64,000 nucleotides of DNA, taken from assembly GCA_036785375.1 (NCBI GenBank), contig JAWMAR010000019.1, positions 2,914,001-2,978,000 on the forward strand, written 5' to 3'. The notes beneath the pieces are model-generated. The model made no database searches and had not been told where the DNA came from. It was given only the letters and a program-made list of their open reading frames with translations. Below are positions 14,490 to 26,801 of this stretch, piece after piece. Position numbers and translations under genes: made by a program. The stretch's first letter is position 1. Each line of letters starts with the position of its first letter. This stretch comes from Leucoraja ocellata. Taxonomy: Eukaryota.

Positions 14490-14873
14490 AAACGTACAAA
14501 ATTCTTAAAGGGTTGGACAGGCTAGATGCAGGAAGATTATTCCCGATGTTGGGGAAGTCCAGAACTAGGGGTCACAGTTTAAGGATAAGAGGGAAGTCTT
14601 TTAGGACCGAGATGAGAAAATCATTTTTTACACAGAGAGTGGTGAATCTGTGGAATTCTCTGCCACAGAAGGTAGTTGAGGCCAGTTCATTGGCTATATT
14701 TAAGAGGGAGTTAGATGTGGCCCTTGTGGCTAAAGGGATCAGGGGGTATGGAGAGAAGACAGGGATGGGATACTGAGTTGGATGATCAGTCATGATCATA
14801 TCGAATGGTGGTGCAGGCTCGAAGGGCCGAATGGCCTACTCCTGCACCTATTTTCTATGTTTCTATGTTTCTA
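14490..14873 (+). mobile_element. Young CR1/HER1 LINE 3' end with (TTTCTATG)n tail
   Basis: YKILKGLDRLDAGRLFPMLGKSRTRGHSLRIRG...FFTQRVVNLWNSLPQ, followed by the 3' UTR and an 8-bp tail repeat. Confidence 0.95.
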
Positions 14874-15329
14874 AAAGAAATTAAGCAGAACAGGGGTCAC
14901 AGCTGATCTGCCCAGTGTACCCATATCACCCAGGAAACTCTAGAAAGAGATGCTCAACATTTGCAAATGCAAAATGCTAATAGTCTGTTTTTGGCAGCCA
15001 CCCTTAATGCCTAAAAGTGCCACTCAACAAATATCTGGTTGGATGTTTATGAGGTGATTAATCCCATAACTAGTCTTTACTACATCCATTTTCACCAATG
15101 AAATAGGGTAAGACCTATTGCTCTATTCAGAACTTGCTGACAACTCGTAAGTAGGAGACCTGGCAGAGGAAGATGTGTTGGTTGATAGGAATGGCAGGCA
15201 GATGTTGAGCAGAATGGCAGACAGATGTCAGAAGAAATTTAAAATAAATACATATGAAGCACTACATAATGAGACAATAAACAGGAAATGAATGCATGCA
15301 GTTAGTTAAAAGAAGAGAAAACAATCTTA

Positions 15330-15920
15330 AGAGTTCCCATTCATGGTTGTCTGTAATTGCCAGCATAGATAGATTAGTGATAAGAACCTCAATATAATAA
15401 AGAAGCAATGATGAATTCACAATAAACATTTATTAGGTCACCGTTAGAATACAATGTGCATCCCACTATTGGAACAGCATCAAAAATATAAAATATGTTC
15501 ATACTGATCTCCCCATAATGATGCTTGTGATGGAGTCATGATATTGAAGTGTGGGATGAGTATCTTGGTGTATTATTTTGAGAGAAGCTCAGCAAAACTC
15601 ACATAGAAACTGGGTAATGATACCACCATTTCAGTATAGTAACCGTGCAAATGTATATCTATACCACTTCTACATTTCAGTAGTATTCAGAAGGCAATCA
15701 GGCCTCTCAAGGACATTCTCAAACAGGCCTGTTTTTACTGAATTGGGGGAAGGTAAAAATAAATTGACTGACGTTATTCAGTGAATAGGAATGATGGATT
15801 CTTCTGGTGGGGAACTGTTAATAAGAATTTGACAGTTGAAATAATCAGTAAAATTCATCAGGGAGAGCTTGTGGGAAATTTCTTTAGTCAGAAGATTCAT
15901 AGAACATGCAATATTATTTC
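15330..15920 (+). mobile_element. Very degenerate CR1 fragment
   Basis: attaggtcaccgttagaatacaatgtg (IRSPLEYNV) resembles VRPHLEYCV. The rest is barely recognisable. Confidence 0.45.
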
Positions 15921-16218
15921 TTAGGAAGTCTTTGGTATTGATATTATTATCGGTATTGGTTTATTATTGTCACATGTACCAAAATACAGTGAAAAATTTT
16001 GCTTTGCCTGAAATCCAGGTAAAAACAACCATACTTGATTTCAAACAAAACCATACAGAAGTGTACAGGTGGTGCAAAGAGAGTAAGTAAAAAACTAATG
16101 CAGAATATGGTACAGCAGCTGATGAAAAAGAGCAATGGTCACAATGAGGTAGAGGTGGATCAGGAATACATCCTTAGCTTAGCATTCAATTCACTGAAAG
16201 CAGCGGGAAAGAAGTTGA

Positions 16219-16389
16219 TGTGTAGGAAAAAACTGCAGATGCGGGTTTAAGCCGATGATAGACACAAAATGCTGGAGTAACTCAGCAAGACAGGCAGCAT
16301 CTCTGGAGAGAAGGAATGGGTGGCATTTCGGGTTTCGCAAGAGGTACTGTCAGTCACGCTGAGTTACTCCAGCATTTTGTGTCCATCTT
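16219..16389. mobile_element. Fold-back PLE terminal-repeat element, 11-bp TSD
   Basis: Perfect 26-bp inverted repeat (16261-16286 / 16358-16383). cgggaaagaag at 16204-16214 and 16390-16400. Confidence 0.88.
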
Positions 16390-16652
16390 CGGGAAAGAAG
16401 CAAACCTTGAATCTTTTCAGCTTTTGTATCTTTATCTTAAAAAGAGAGGTGGGAGATGACATGACTGCAGTGTGATTGGTCCTTGATTATGTTGTCTGCT
16501 TTCCCAAAGCAGTGTGAAGTGTAGATAGAGTTAAAGGTGGTTAGTGGGTGGGAGGCTGGTCCCACTGAGTTACTTCAGCATTTATTGTCTAGCTTGTAAT
16601 TTCCAGTGGGCTTTTGCTTGCCGATTTTCCTTAGTCTTCTGAGGAAGTTAAG

Positions 16653-16682
16653 TAACCCTAACCCTAACCCTAACCCTAACCC
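16653..16682. repeat. Interstitial telomeric repeat (TAACCC)5
   Basis: Five perfect copies, equal to (TTAGGG)n on the minus strand. Confidence 0.95.
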
Positions 16683-16757
16683 TTTTTTAAAATTATAATT
16701 AACAATCGAAAACACCGTTATTCTTTGTACTGATTCCAGGTTTGTTTCCGTGAACAG

Positions 16758-17397
16758 CAGAAATGGCCTTCATAACAAGAGGAGTTGAGCATAGGAGCAA
16801 AGAGGGCCTTCTGCAGTTGTACAGTGCCCTAGTGAGACCACACCTGGAGTATTGTGTGCAGTTTTGGTCTCCAAATTTGAAGAAGGACATTCTTGCTATT
16901 GAAGGAGTGCATCGTAGGTTCACAAGGTTAATTCCCGAGATGGCGGGACTGTCATATGTTGATAGAATGGAGCGGCTGGGCTTGTATACTCTGGAGTTTA
17001 GAAGGATTATTTAAAACTATATGATTATTGTGGGATTGGACATGGTAAAGGCAGGAAACATGTTCCCGATATTTTGGGAATCCAGAACCAGGGGCTACAG
17101 TTTAAGAATTAGGGGTAGGCCATTTAGAATGGAGATGCGGAGAAACTTTTTCACCCAGAGAGTTGTGAATCTGTGGAATTTTTGCCTCAGAAGGCAGTGG
17201 AGGCCAATTCTCTGGATGCTTTCAAGAGAGAGTTAGATAGCGCTCTTAAAGATAGCGGAGTCAGGGGATATGGCGAGAAGGCAGGAACGGGGTACTGATT
17301 GTGGATGATCAGCTATGATCATATTGAATGGCGGTGCTGGCTCGAAGGGCCGAATGGCTTACTCCTGCACCTATTGTCTATTGTCTATTGTCTATTG
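16758..17397 (+). mobile_element. CR1/HER1 LINE 3' fragment with (CTATTGT)n tail
   Basis: ORFs 16763..17014 ([19 protein letters not shown]) and 17021..17236 (FFTQRVVNLWN), plus a 7-bp tail repeat. Confidence 0.95.
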
Positions 17398-17518
17398 GCA
17401 TTGGTGTGTTTTCTTGGCAGTAGTACCAATGTGATTGGACCATGACATTGTTGATGATATTTACACCAAGGATCTTCAAGCTATTGACCATCCCCACTTC
17501 AGCACCATCAATGTAGAT

Positions 17519-17614
17519 GGGGGTCTGAAGAAGGGTCTCAACCTGAAGCGTCACCCATTCCTTCTCTCCAGAGATGCTGCCTGTCCCGCTGAGTTACTCC
17601 AGCATTTTGTGTCT
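17519..17614 (+). mobile_element. PLE terminal-repeat fragment with mutated hammerhead core, 8-bp TSD
   Basis: CTGAAGAAGGGTCTCAACCTGAAGCGTC at 17525-17552. atgtagat at 17511-17518 and 17615-17622. Confidence 0.85.
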
Positions 17615-17979
17615 ATGTAGATTTGGGCATGTATTTCATCACATTTTCTGAAGTTAATGTGGGAGAGGTTATTGTCTTGACACCATGTTACTAAGGTCTC
17701 TATGTCCTTAACGTACTTCATCCCTTTATTGTTTGAGGTTCAGCCTGCTATTGTGATGTCACCTGCAAACTCATAAAAGAAGCAAGAGCAGAATTTGGCT
17801 GCACAATGTCGAGTGTATACATAGTATAATAAGGGGCTGAAATAGCAGCCATCTTGGGTGCTACGGTGAAAATGATTGTGGAGGATGTATTGCCATCTAT
17901 CGTTATTAATTACAGTTTATGGGTGAGCAGTCAAGGATCCAGAGGGGGTTGCCAAATCTTCAGTCATTGAGTTTGGAGA

Positions 17980-18204
17980 ATACTCAATGGATCAGGCAGC
18001 ATCTCTGGAGAAAAGGAATAGGTGAAGTTTTGGGTTCTTCAGACTGGGAACAAGATATTTATCACTCTCAATCTGAAGAAGGGTCATGACCTGAAACATC
18101 ACCTATTCCTTTTCTCCAGAGATGCTGCCTGACCTGCACAATTCCTCCAGTATGTTGTGCCTATCTTTGGTGTAAACCAAAATCTGCAGTTCCTTTCTAC
18201 ACAA
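17980..18204. mobile_element. Fold-back PLE terminal-repeat element, 8-bp TSD
   Basis: Perfect 34-bp inverted repeat (17992-18025 / 18099-18132), hammerhead core at 18073-18100, tttggaga at 17972-17979 and 18205-18212. Confidence 0.9.
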
Positions 18205-18404
18205 TTTGGAGATTTTCTTGGTTAGGAATTATGGTATTGAAAGCAGCGGTGTAGTTGATGAATAGGAATCTGACTAGTTGTTCTTGTTATCCAAATGTTC
18301 CTGGGCTAGAGAGATGGCATCTGCCATAGACCTTTGAGAGTGAAGCCATTAAATATTTTAAGGAAAAAACAAATAGTGAAAGCACAGCAAGGTAAGAAAG
18401 AAGA

Positions 18405-18636
18405 GAAAAAGGGCATAAAGTGTGGTAGTAATCCAACGGATCAGGCAGCATCTCTGGAGAATATGGACACGTTATGTTTCAGTTCAGGACCTTTTGCGAG
18501 ACTTGAGTCTGCAAAGGATCTCGACCCGAAACGTCACATATCCATGTCCTCTAGAGATGCTGCCTGACGTGTTGAGTTACTCCAACACTTTTAGTCCTTT
18601 TTTGTAAACTAGCATCTGCAGTACCTTGTCTCTACA
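18405..18636. mobile_element. Older fold-back PLE terminal-repeat element
   Basis: tcaggcagcatctctggaga...tcctctagagatgctgcctga inverted arms, with a degenerate core ending gacccgaaacgtc at about 18535. Confidence 0.8.
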
Positions 18637-20225
18637 ATTAGCTTTGGAAAATGGATTCAATGTAATTAGTTTTTGGATTATGCTAGCGAAAGTCATTTTA
18701 GCATGAATCTCAATACTGTCAGGATCAACAAAGCTCTGTAGCACCATTATTATGTGTCTTCTTTGTACTACAGAAAATTGTTACTGAACAAAACATCTCC
18801 AAACTACACCAGATGGTTTTTCGACAGACAATCAAACTTCATCTAATGAACACATTTTAATGAGTGACCTAAAGAAGAGAAGAGAGTTAGGGAAACAGAT
18901 ATACAGTATATGGGGAAGGATTTACAAAACAAGAGGTTATGGCTGCTGAAGGGCTTGACAAAACCTAAGAACAATGAGATTTAAGGATCATCAAAAGGTC
19001 AGAATAGGAGAAGAATGGGGATGAAGAAATTGGCAAAGAACATGAACGAATTGTACAAATTGGAATATAAGACAAGTGAGAAATGTAAAATTATGTTATT
19101 GATTCACCAAGAGTCCAAGGTTAATGTTAAAAGCTGTGACACAACATGTGGTTTAGTTGTGTGGGTAGAGCGAAGGAGGTCTGTAATAGTTGAACAATAT
19201 CAATAGTATCATTAGGAGCATCAACCTATAATAGTTTTTAAGATTTTGTACAAAATGTGAGTCATTTTGCTCATTTAGCAGGCAAATTGTAACACTTTAT
19301 TTGCAGTCCCTATAAAGAAAATTGATAGAAGTAAACGGTGAATTTCACTGCAGATTTTGCCATTCTCCAAGTTCTGTTAATGTCAAACATCAGTTGAAAG
19401 CTTAATAGAGATTGTGAATTAAATGTTTGAAAAGCCCAGGCATGGTGTAGAATTATTGTGATGTGTATCGGAGTCTCCACAATATTGAACAACTTGAAGA
19501 AACTGAAACATCTTCACTGGAACTATTGTTGGAAGCACACAGAGGTTGCAAGAATACTATAACACATGTTGCTTCATAATGTGAGGGTTCACATGCTTAT
19601 TTTTGGGCCCTACTGATACTAACATGCATTATCTATTCATATGTACCAATATGTACTGGAAAGCATTTACAATGCTTGAATTGTTTCTCTTTGCCATCTT
19701 TGTTCAGATGACCTTTGGCCTTATATATTCATTTTAAACATGGTTGGAAGGTATATTTTTCACGTTTGGTTGTTAAAGGTCAAAGCTTCATTCTATTGTA
19801 GCTGCACTCATGTTAATGTTCAGACAATATTCACACCAGCAGTTTTTGCTAACGTGTCCACATTTGTAGGGAAAGAGTAGAGCTTTGCATATTTGGCATA
19901 ATTGTATGGCTCTCATATTGAAGGTTAAAGTTATATTAATGGTGGTCATCTTTGATGTTGGATGGGGTATGTTGAGACTTCATGAGAACTACTCATATGG
20001 GACATTTTGTTATCAGGCAGATTGTGCTGCAGGAGTAGAAAATGATCCTACTGTATTTTGATTTCAACAAGACAAATGTTTTAGCACTTTAAACAGAAAC
20101 AAATATGTATTTAATATTAAGGAATGAAGAATTTGATTTCAAAATCTGCTATGGGCTTTCAAACATTTGGAAATATTTTTTCACCCCCATCACAGTTGGT
20201 ATAATGTGTATAGATTATCTGAACC

Positions 20226-20862
20226 AAATAGACAACAGACAATAGATGCAGGAGTAGGCCATTTGGTCTCTCGAGCCAGCACTGCCATTCAATGTGATCA
20301 TCCACAATTAGTACCCTGATCTTGCCTTCTCCCCATATCCCTTGACTCCGCTTTCTTTAAGAACTCTGTCTCGCTCTCTCTTGAAAGCTTCCAGAGAACC
20401 AGCCTCCACCGCCCTCTGAGGCAGAACATTCCACAGACTCACAACTCTCTGTGTGAAAAAGTTTTCCCTCGTCTCCATTCTAAATGGGTTACCCCTTATT
20501 CTTAAACTATGGCCCCCAGTTCTGGACTCCCCCAACACCAGGAACATGTTTCTTGCCTCTGGCTTGTCCAACCCCTTAATAATCTTATATGTTTCAATAA
20601 GATTGCCTCTCATCCTTCTAAATTCCAGAGTATACAAGCCCAACTGCTCCATTCTATCAACACGTGACAGTCCCACCATCCAAGTCCCACCATCCTCAAG
20701 TTGGGAGACCAAACTGCAAACAATACTCCAGGTGTGGTCTCACTAGGGCCCTGTACAACTGCAGAAGGACCTCTTTGCTCCTGTACTCAACTCATCTTGT
20801 TATGAAGGCCAACATGCCATTTGCTTTCTTCACTGCATGCTGTACCTGCATGCTTACTTTCA
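20226..20862 (-). mobile_element. CR1/HER1 LINE 3' fragment with internal deletion
   Basis: ORF 20308..20712 (LGLYTLEFRRMRGNLIETYKIIKG...FFTQRVVSLWNVLP). Same subfamily as 16758-17397. caaataga occurs at both ends (20225, 20861). Confidence 0.95.
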
Positions 20863-21863
20863 AATAGATTATATATATATTTTATATATATATAAAATAA
20901 ACAGGTAATAACCTCCCCAGCAACAAATTAAAAAAAAAATTGATGTTGGTTAATATCAGACAATATAGCTATGAAATAATAAACTTTAGAGAAATTGAAA
21001 ATATCAGAAATTGAATGTAGCCTTCATCGTTATTGTGATTCCAACACGCGATGGTGCATTATAAATAAATTCACGTTGGAAATTAATTGCACCCATTACT
21101 TTACTTACAATTTACTGTTTGTTATACAAATGTTTTCCCATTTTGCATCCCTCTTACGGCAGATTAAATTTGTTTGAAATTAGGGAGATTTCGTTGCAGG
21201 AAAATATATGTGACTTCATTATTTTGGAATTAAATAAAGTGCTAGCCAACCGAGGAAAGGGTGCAGCTAATACTTAATTGTAAAATATAAAATGGCTGTT
21301 TCCAAAGTGGGGTTAACGAGATGGTCAAGAGTCATTGTGCCGTATTTTGTGTGGGAATAGCTGCCTGGCACTTTTTAAGGTAATTTACTTAACAGGAAAT
21401 GAGTTGGTCCCAGAAGAGAGAGCAAACGAGCAGAGTTAAAGTAGCCAGCGTGATAAATGACGCTTTCATTTAGGGATCTCTAGAGCTCGTTTAAGTCTAA
21501 TTTTCCGTATTAGCCCCTGTTGAGCTATTAATATAGTACTCAGGGACCGTGGCTTCTGTCTGGGCAGAGACATTACAGCTAACATTAAGGCACACTCTTG
21601 GTTTCAGTGTGGAGATAATAGAAGGTGTTTAAAATGTTTTTTTCACTGATACAGATTGACACTGCGATGTAAATATGATTTGCAGGGTCTGGCAATAAAA
21701 AGATAATGGGAACGTTGCGCGACTTGAATCGATTATAACTGACGAAACTTACAGAAATAGTTGTTAAAATGCTTTTATTTGATCATCCAGTGGACGTTTC
21801 TGAAAGTGAATTGTATTAAGACTTGATGTTTGTAGTTTTACACTTGGTCTATAGGTTATGGGG

Positions 21864-21865
<2 letters not shown>

Positions 21866-21917
<52 letters not shown>
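21866..21917. repeat. (TA)n microsatellite
   Basis: Direct reading. Confidence 0.95.
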
Positions 21918-21920
<3 letters not shown>

Positions 21921-24036
21921 AATGCAGAATGTTGTGTTACATGTAGAATTATTGCTTGTTAAATCTGTATTCCATTTTCACTCAAAACGGAGAAAGCCGT
22001 TCCTTGGAAACTCTTAAATGTTATTTTAGTCAACACTTCTAGCTGCATCAGTAGAACTATACGCTTGCCCATTCCCGGATATGCATGTGTCCTTGTAATC
22101 CCAGTATATCTTAATTGTACAAAGCCAACTCCAGATATACTGTACTTGAGGGTAAATAAATCCTGACAATTACTCACAAGATATGTCTGGGTGAGGATTG
22201 CTATCGAATAGAAACGAACGACATTGCATAATGTGTTGTTAGTAGTTAGAATATGTGTGGGTAAAATTCGCGCCTTTGTGGCATTAAATGATCAGTCATT
22301 CGTGGTTATTATCATTATTACATTAACTCCATAACGATTGCATATACACTTGCAGCATATTTACACATTGCATTACGAAATCACACTGACGGAGTGCAAG
22401 CTGAACATTCTGAACACGTAAAGAACTGAAGGCTTCAAGCTGCGTTTTGGTCATGGTCCATTGCTTTGCGATTTCTTCTAGTCGTTTGAACGCTATCAAG
22501 TTTGTTGTCGAATTACGTTTCAAAGCACAATCTGTTCATAATTATTAACAAATGAAGCAAATATTATTTTCCATATTGATGATCTGTAAGAGAAATTAAC
22601 GTGACAACGTGCCTTAGAGATACTCGAAAACTAAATTAGCAAAGTGATATTACAAGACTAATAAATATGATTGAAGGCACTTAACCGAACCAGTGTAGTA
22701 GTGGTTTATGATTCATTTCAGTGTGTAAATCATTAGCGAGGGTATTTATAAAATGTCAGTGTATGTACCAATGCGTTTATTGGGTTTTATTTTGCTTCCG
22801 AAAAATATAATTATAATAAACAAGCAATCAGAGACGAACAGATTAATAGGTTGTAGTTTCTTATTTATGCCTTAAGTGGGAATATTTACATTCCAATATA
22901 TGAATATCTATTTCTGCAGATTGTTGTGTTGATCAAGTTAAGAGCATTATAATTCCGAGTTAATTCTCCCCAAAAGTCCTAAACCTGATATTTGACAGGG
23001 CCTACACCAATTTGCAGACTGTGGGCAATTATTCTTGCTTTTATTACCAGGACAACCTACTGGGAGCACATACGCTACCATACATATTTATAAAAGTTAA
23101 AGAGAAATGTAAAAGATAAAACGTAAAGGTAAAGATAAATTAAGAAATGTCCTGGGATTTATGATTTTTCTTCCTCTAGTAAAAAAAATATAACTTTTTT
23201 TATGTTTAAGAATCTATAGTTAATAGTCTTCCTGTATTTACTTCAAACAAAATAAAACTACTGGTATTTAACTAGGCCGATTTCCTGTGCCGTGGTCACT
23301 GACAAGTGTTTATCCCTCTTTTCATGTGGCGAGGATAGGAGGATGGGTGAAAGTGAATTCAGAATGGCAACCTTTATCAAGTGAGTGGATGTATGCCATA
23401 CCTCATTGCAACACTATAATCTAATGGTACTGAGTGCGATTTTACAATAAATATCCATTGTTGAAAGTATATTTTGAACGATTGTGGGTCAACCATGGAG
23501 TTAACTCACGCCGAAAGCCAGGTGTAGATATTTCATTAAAAGTTCGTCATGCTGCAGATATGTTGGTCCTCAATTAACAGTAGCAAATGTCAAAAAGCCG
23601 TACGGAAGTTCTAATTAGCTCTAGTGATCACCATAGAACACATCCGCACCATATATACAAACACAGACAGTAGGATTAATCGAAAAAAACGAGGAAACAA
23701 AAATCAAGAGTTTAAATTTGAACCAAGATATTATTAATTGAGTTATGGGTGTTAGCAGCACCATTTCTGGATCATCGACCACAATTCAATATTCTTTGGA
23801 AACAGACCAAGTCGAGTCCAGCTGGGTTTCATCAAAACGCTTACCGATCTGTCTGGAAGGATAGCCCTCACAAAGAGCAAAAAAGTATTTTACCTCAAGT
23901 GGAAATTGATACGTGGCTTGGCGTGAGAATCATGGATTTGCAGCAGAATTCATAGCACACTGTGCCTTATGATCATTGGGAAATAAATCACTGTTGTGGC
24001 TAAATATCGAAACAGAGCAAATTCACTCTTATAAAT

Positions 24037-24233
24037 GTAGAAGCGAGGAACTGCAGATATTGGCTAACTCAAAATGACACAGAGTGCTGGAGTAACTCGG
24101 CGGACCAGGCAGCATCCAGGGAGAACATAGATAGGTGACGTTTCTGATCGGTACCGGACGCAAAATGCCACCTATCCACATTCTCTAGAGATGCTGCCTG
24201 ACCGTTGAGTAACTCAAACACGTTGTGTCCCAT
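24037..24233. mobile_element. Fold-back PLE terminal-repeat element with a deleted centre
   Basis: Inverted arms converge at about 24150. Degenerate 15-bp TSD ttcactcttataaat (24022-24036) / ttcactgttagaaat (24234-24248). Confidence 0.82.
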
Positions 24234-24430
24234 TTCACTGTTAGAAATTCAGTTCTCATTAAAAAACATTTGAGTGGGCTACGGGGAGCAGAATATGGGA
24301 TAAATATCTAGATGGAAGTTAGGAGATCAGTAATTAAAACCGTTAATTCATTGTAAATAGATGATTTAGAAATCCGATATTCTAAACCATTTAATCCCAT
24401 GGAATACATGTCCCATGTTACTTATGAGGG

Positions 24431-24480
24431 TATCTTCAGTTAATATCTTCAGTGAATATCTTCAGTGAATATCTTCTGAA
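24431..24480. repeat. 13-bp tandem repeat, about 4 copies
   Basis: tatcttcagt(t/g)aa repeated. Confidence 0.8.
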
Positions 24481-25706
24481 ATTCACAATTACAAATTCCC
24501 AATCTGAATTACTCTGACATCACCATGCAGCTGCGTATTTGAATTCGCTTGCTTTATACTGATGGGATGTAACAACTCTTCAACCCAACCCCATCGTCGT
24601 GACTATAATGGGCAGAGCAGGAGAAATGACAGCTAGCTCCGAAGCCAATCGTCACTATTTGAATCATTTGGATGAGAACTGATGGCAAGGTTTTATGCAA
24701 ATCAACTGAAATATAGTGAAAGACTAGCACCAGAGTCGACACTTTCGTCCATGTGTACAATGGCTATTGATTAAACCATTTAAGCCTCACATTTTTATTG
24801 GATAAAAGAGCGTTCGTTCTTATATTGAAAAAAAATCAGGCTTACGCATCATTTAGATTGCAAGACGGCAAATTCGTTTAATGCTGCAGCTTCCTTAGAG
24901 GTTATAAACCTGAACTATTTGAGGAGTAAAGGCCTCAGGTTTCAATATCTGGAGGCAGTAGGGATCTTAGACTGATTCGGATTCAGATTATTACAATAGA
25001 CACAAGGATGCAATAAAATCCCTTGCTCACACGAAGCTCGTAGAGTAAACAGGATAGGGCACGGAAAGATACAAGCATAAAGGTACAAATACGATAAATA
25101 TCCCCACTCTCCGGCGCCATTATTTCCCCCACTAAGCCTTTGAGCTGGCTGCTCCAAGCTTCAGAGCTTCCTTTGGCACGAACTCCTGCAGTCTGGAATG
25201 TGATGTTGAGACGTCTAAAATCTTTATATTTTACCCCAAAACATTTACAGGGCTGGTGTTAGCATTTCATTGCACATCGGTAGCAAGCACACCACAGAGG
25301 TGACGACAACAATGTTAAGGTCGTCACTATTTTCTATCCGCTGTTATTGTTTTAATTTGGATCATTCCCAAGTTATGAAAACAATACATGTGGAATGTCA
25401 CCATATGTCATAGTTTCTGTCTACAGTTACGAATACTTTTCAACATTGAGTGATACTTTGATTTTCTTGTCCGATCAAACAATCATTTGGGCCTGCTTCA
25501 GTACTATTAGATAATGAAAAAGCAGCAACAAGGAACCGGGATTAGGAACAATTACGTTAACCAAAACGTGCGTTATTGTTTAATTTTGTGAGATACCACG
25601 AATTATTGGACAATACACACGTAAAGTGATAGAATTTTGGATTATTAATAATTAATAACGTAGCACCCCCTACCTCCACCACCTATACTCCCCGCACCCC
25701 CCCCCC

Positions 25707-25737
<31 letters not shown>

Positions 25738-26124
25738 ACCACCGCCCCCATAAAATCAACCCGCTCTTGTATATTGTGCAAACGATTCCGTTGCATTTCA
25801 TTCCAGGAAGCAGCAGGGTTGCCTGGCCAACTTAACTTCTGGGAAGAACTTTAAATCATAGTGAGGGCTTTCAGTTACTTTGCTTTGAAAACATCTATTG
25901 TTTGAACCAGTTTTTGCTTCCCAACCCGGAGACTCGTTCTGAGATCATCTTTAGATTTCATTTCAGGTTTGCCTGATTTTTTAAATAAAGTATCCCTCCC
26001 CCCCCACCCCCCACCCCCTTCTAAATGGGTTAGAAGCTATTATGTTCCGACCCTAACATCAGAGTTAGATGGTAGTGGGAACTATTTCAATACAGGTGTC
26101 ATTGATTTTGTGTTAATCATTGGA

Positions 26125-26565
26125 TCATACCGCCACAGAGCACAGAAACAGGCCCTTCAGTCCAATTCGTCCATGCTGAGCACGGTGCCCCATCTTAGCT
26201 AGTACAATTCCCCCTCTTTTTGCCGTGTACTTCCAAACCACTCCAATCCACGAAGCTGTCCAAAAGTCTTTTAAATAGATTTTTTGAAATTGTTGTTATT
26301 TCTTAGATAGAAACATAGAAACATAGAAAATAGGTGCAGGAGGAGGCCATTCGGTCATTCGAGCCAGCATCGCCATTCATTGTGATCCTGGTTGATCGTC
26401 CCCACTCAATAACCCGCGCCTGCCTTCTCCCCATGTCCCTTGACTGGAGCTCTATCTAACTCTCTCTTAAATCCATCCATTGATTTGGCCTCCACTGCCC
26501 TCTGTGGCAGGGAATGCCACAAATTCACAACTTCTTAATTCACAAATTCTTAAATGTTGTTATTT
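26125..26565 (-). mobile_element. CR1 3' end (26305-26532, AGAAACAT tail) inserted at the end of an older CR1 tail fragment
   Basis: Reverse complement of the 14650-14873-type end. tgttgttattt is repeated at 26291 and 26555. Confidence 0.85.
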
Positions 26566-26801
26566 GACGACGTGAGTCTTTCAATACTGCACTTTCAGAT
26601 AGTTTCAGCATTCCGAAAATTATCAATAGAGCTCCTTTATCTGCATTGCTTTTCCGTAAAACGCCCAAGCGTTCCAAAAGGCTTAAAAATAGGTCCAATT
26701 GAACGGGTCCAAACATGTGCGCCACCTGTAGCGTGAGGTGTTATTTATTTATTTGTTTTTGCGTTCACCAGCCCATAGTGCCTGCACCTACGGTAATGCA
26801 G

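Larger units (their letters stand above)
15955..18335 (-). mobile_element. Degenerate Rex-Babar-like LINE hosting four later insertions
   Basis: Tail at about 15955, NFFPAAFSELN at about 16185-16217, degenerate RT motif FAGDITI at about 17750-17770. The sequence resumes across each insert. Confidence 0.7.
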
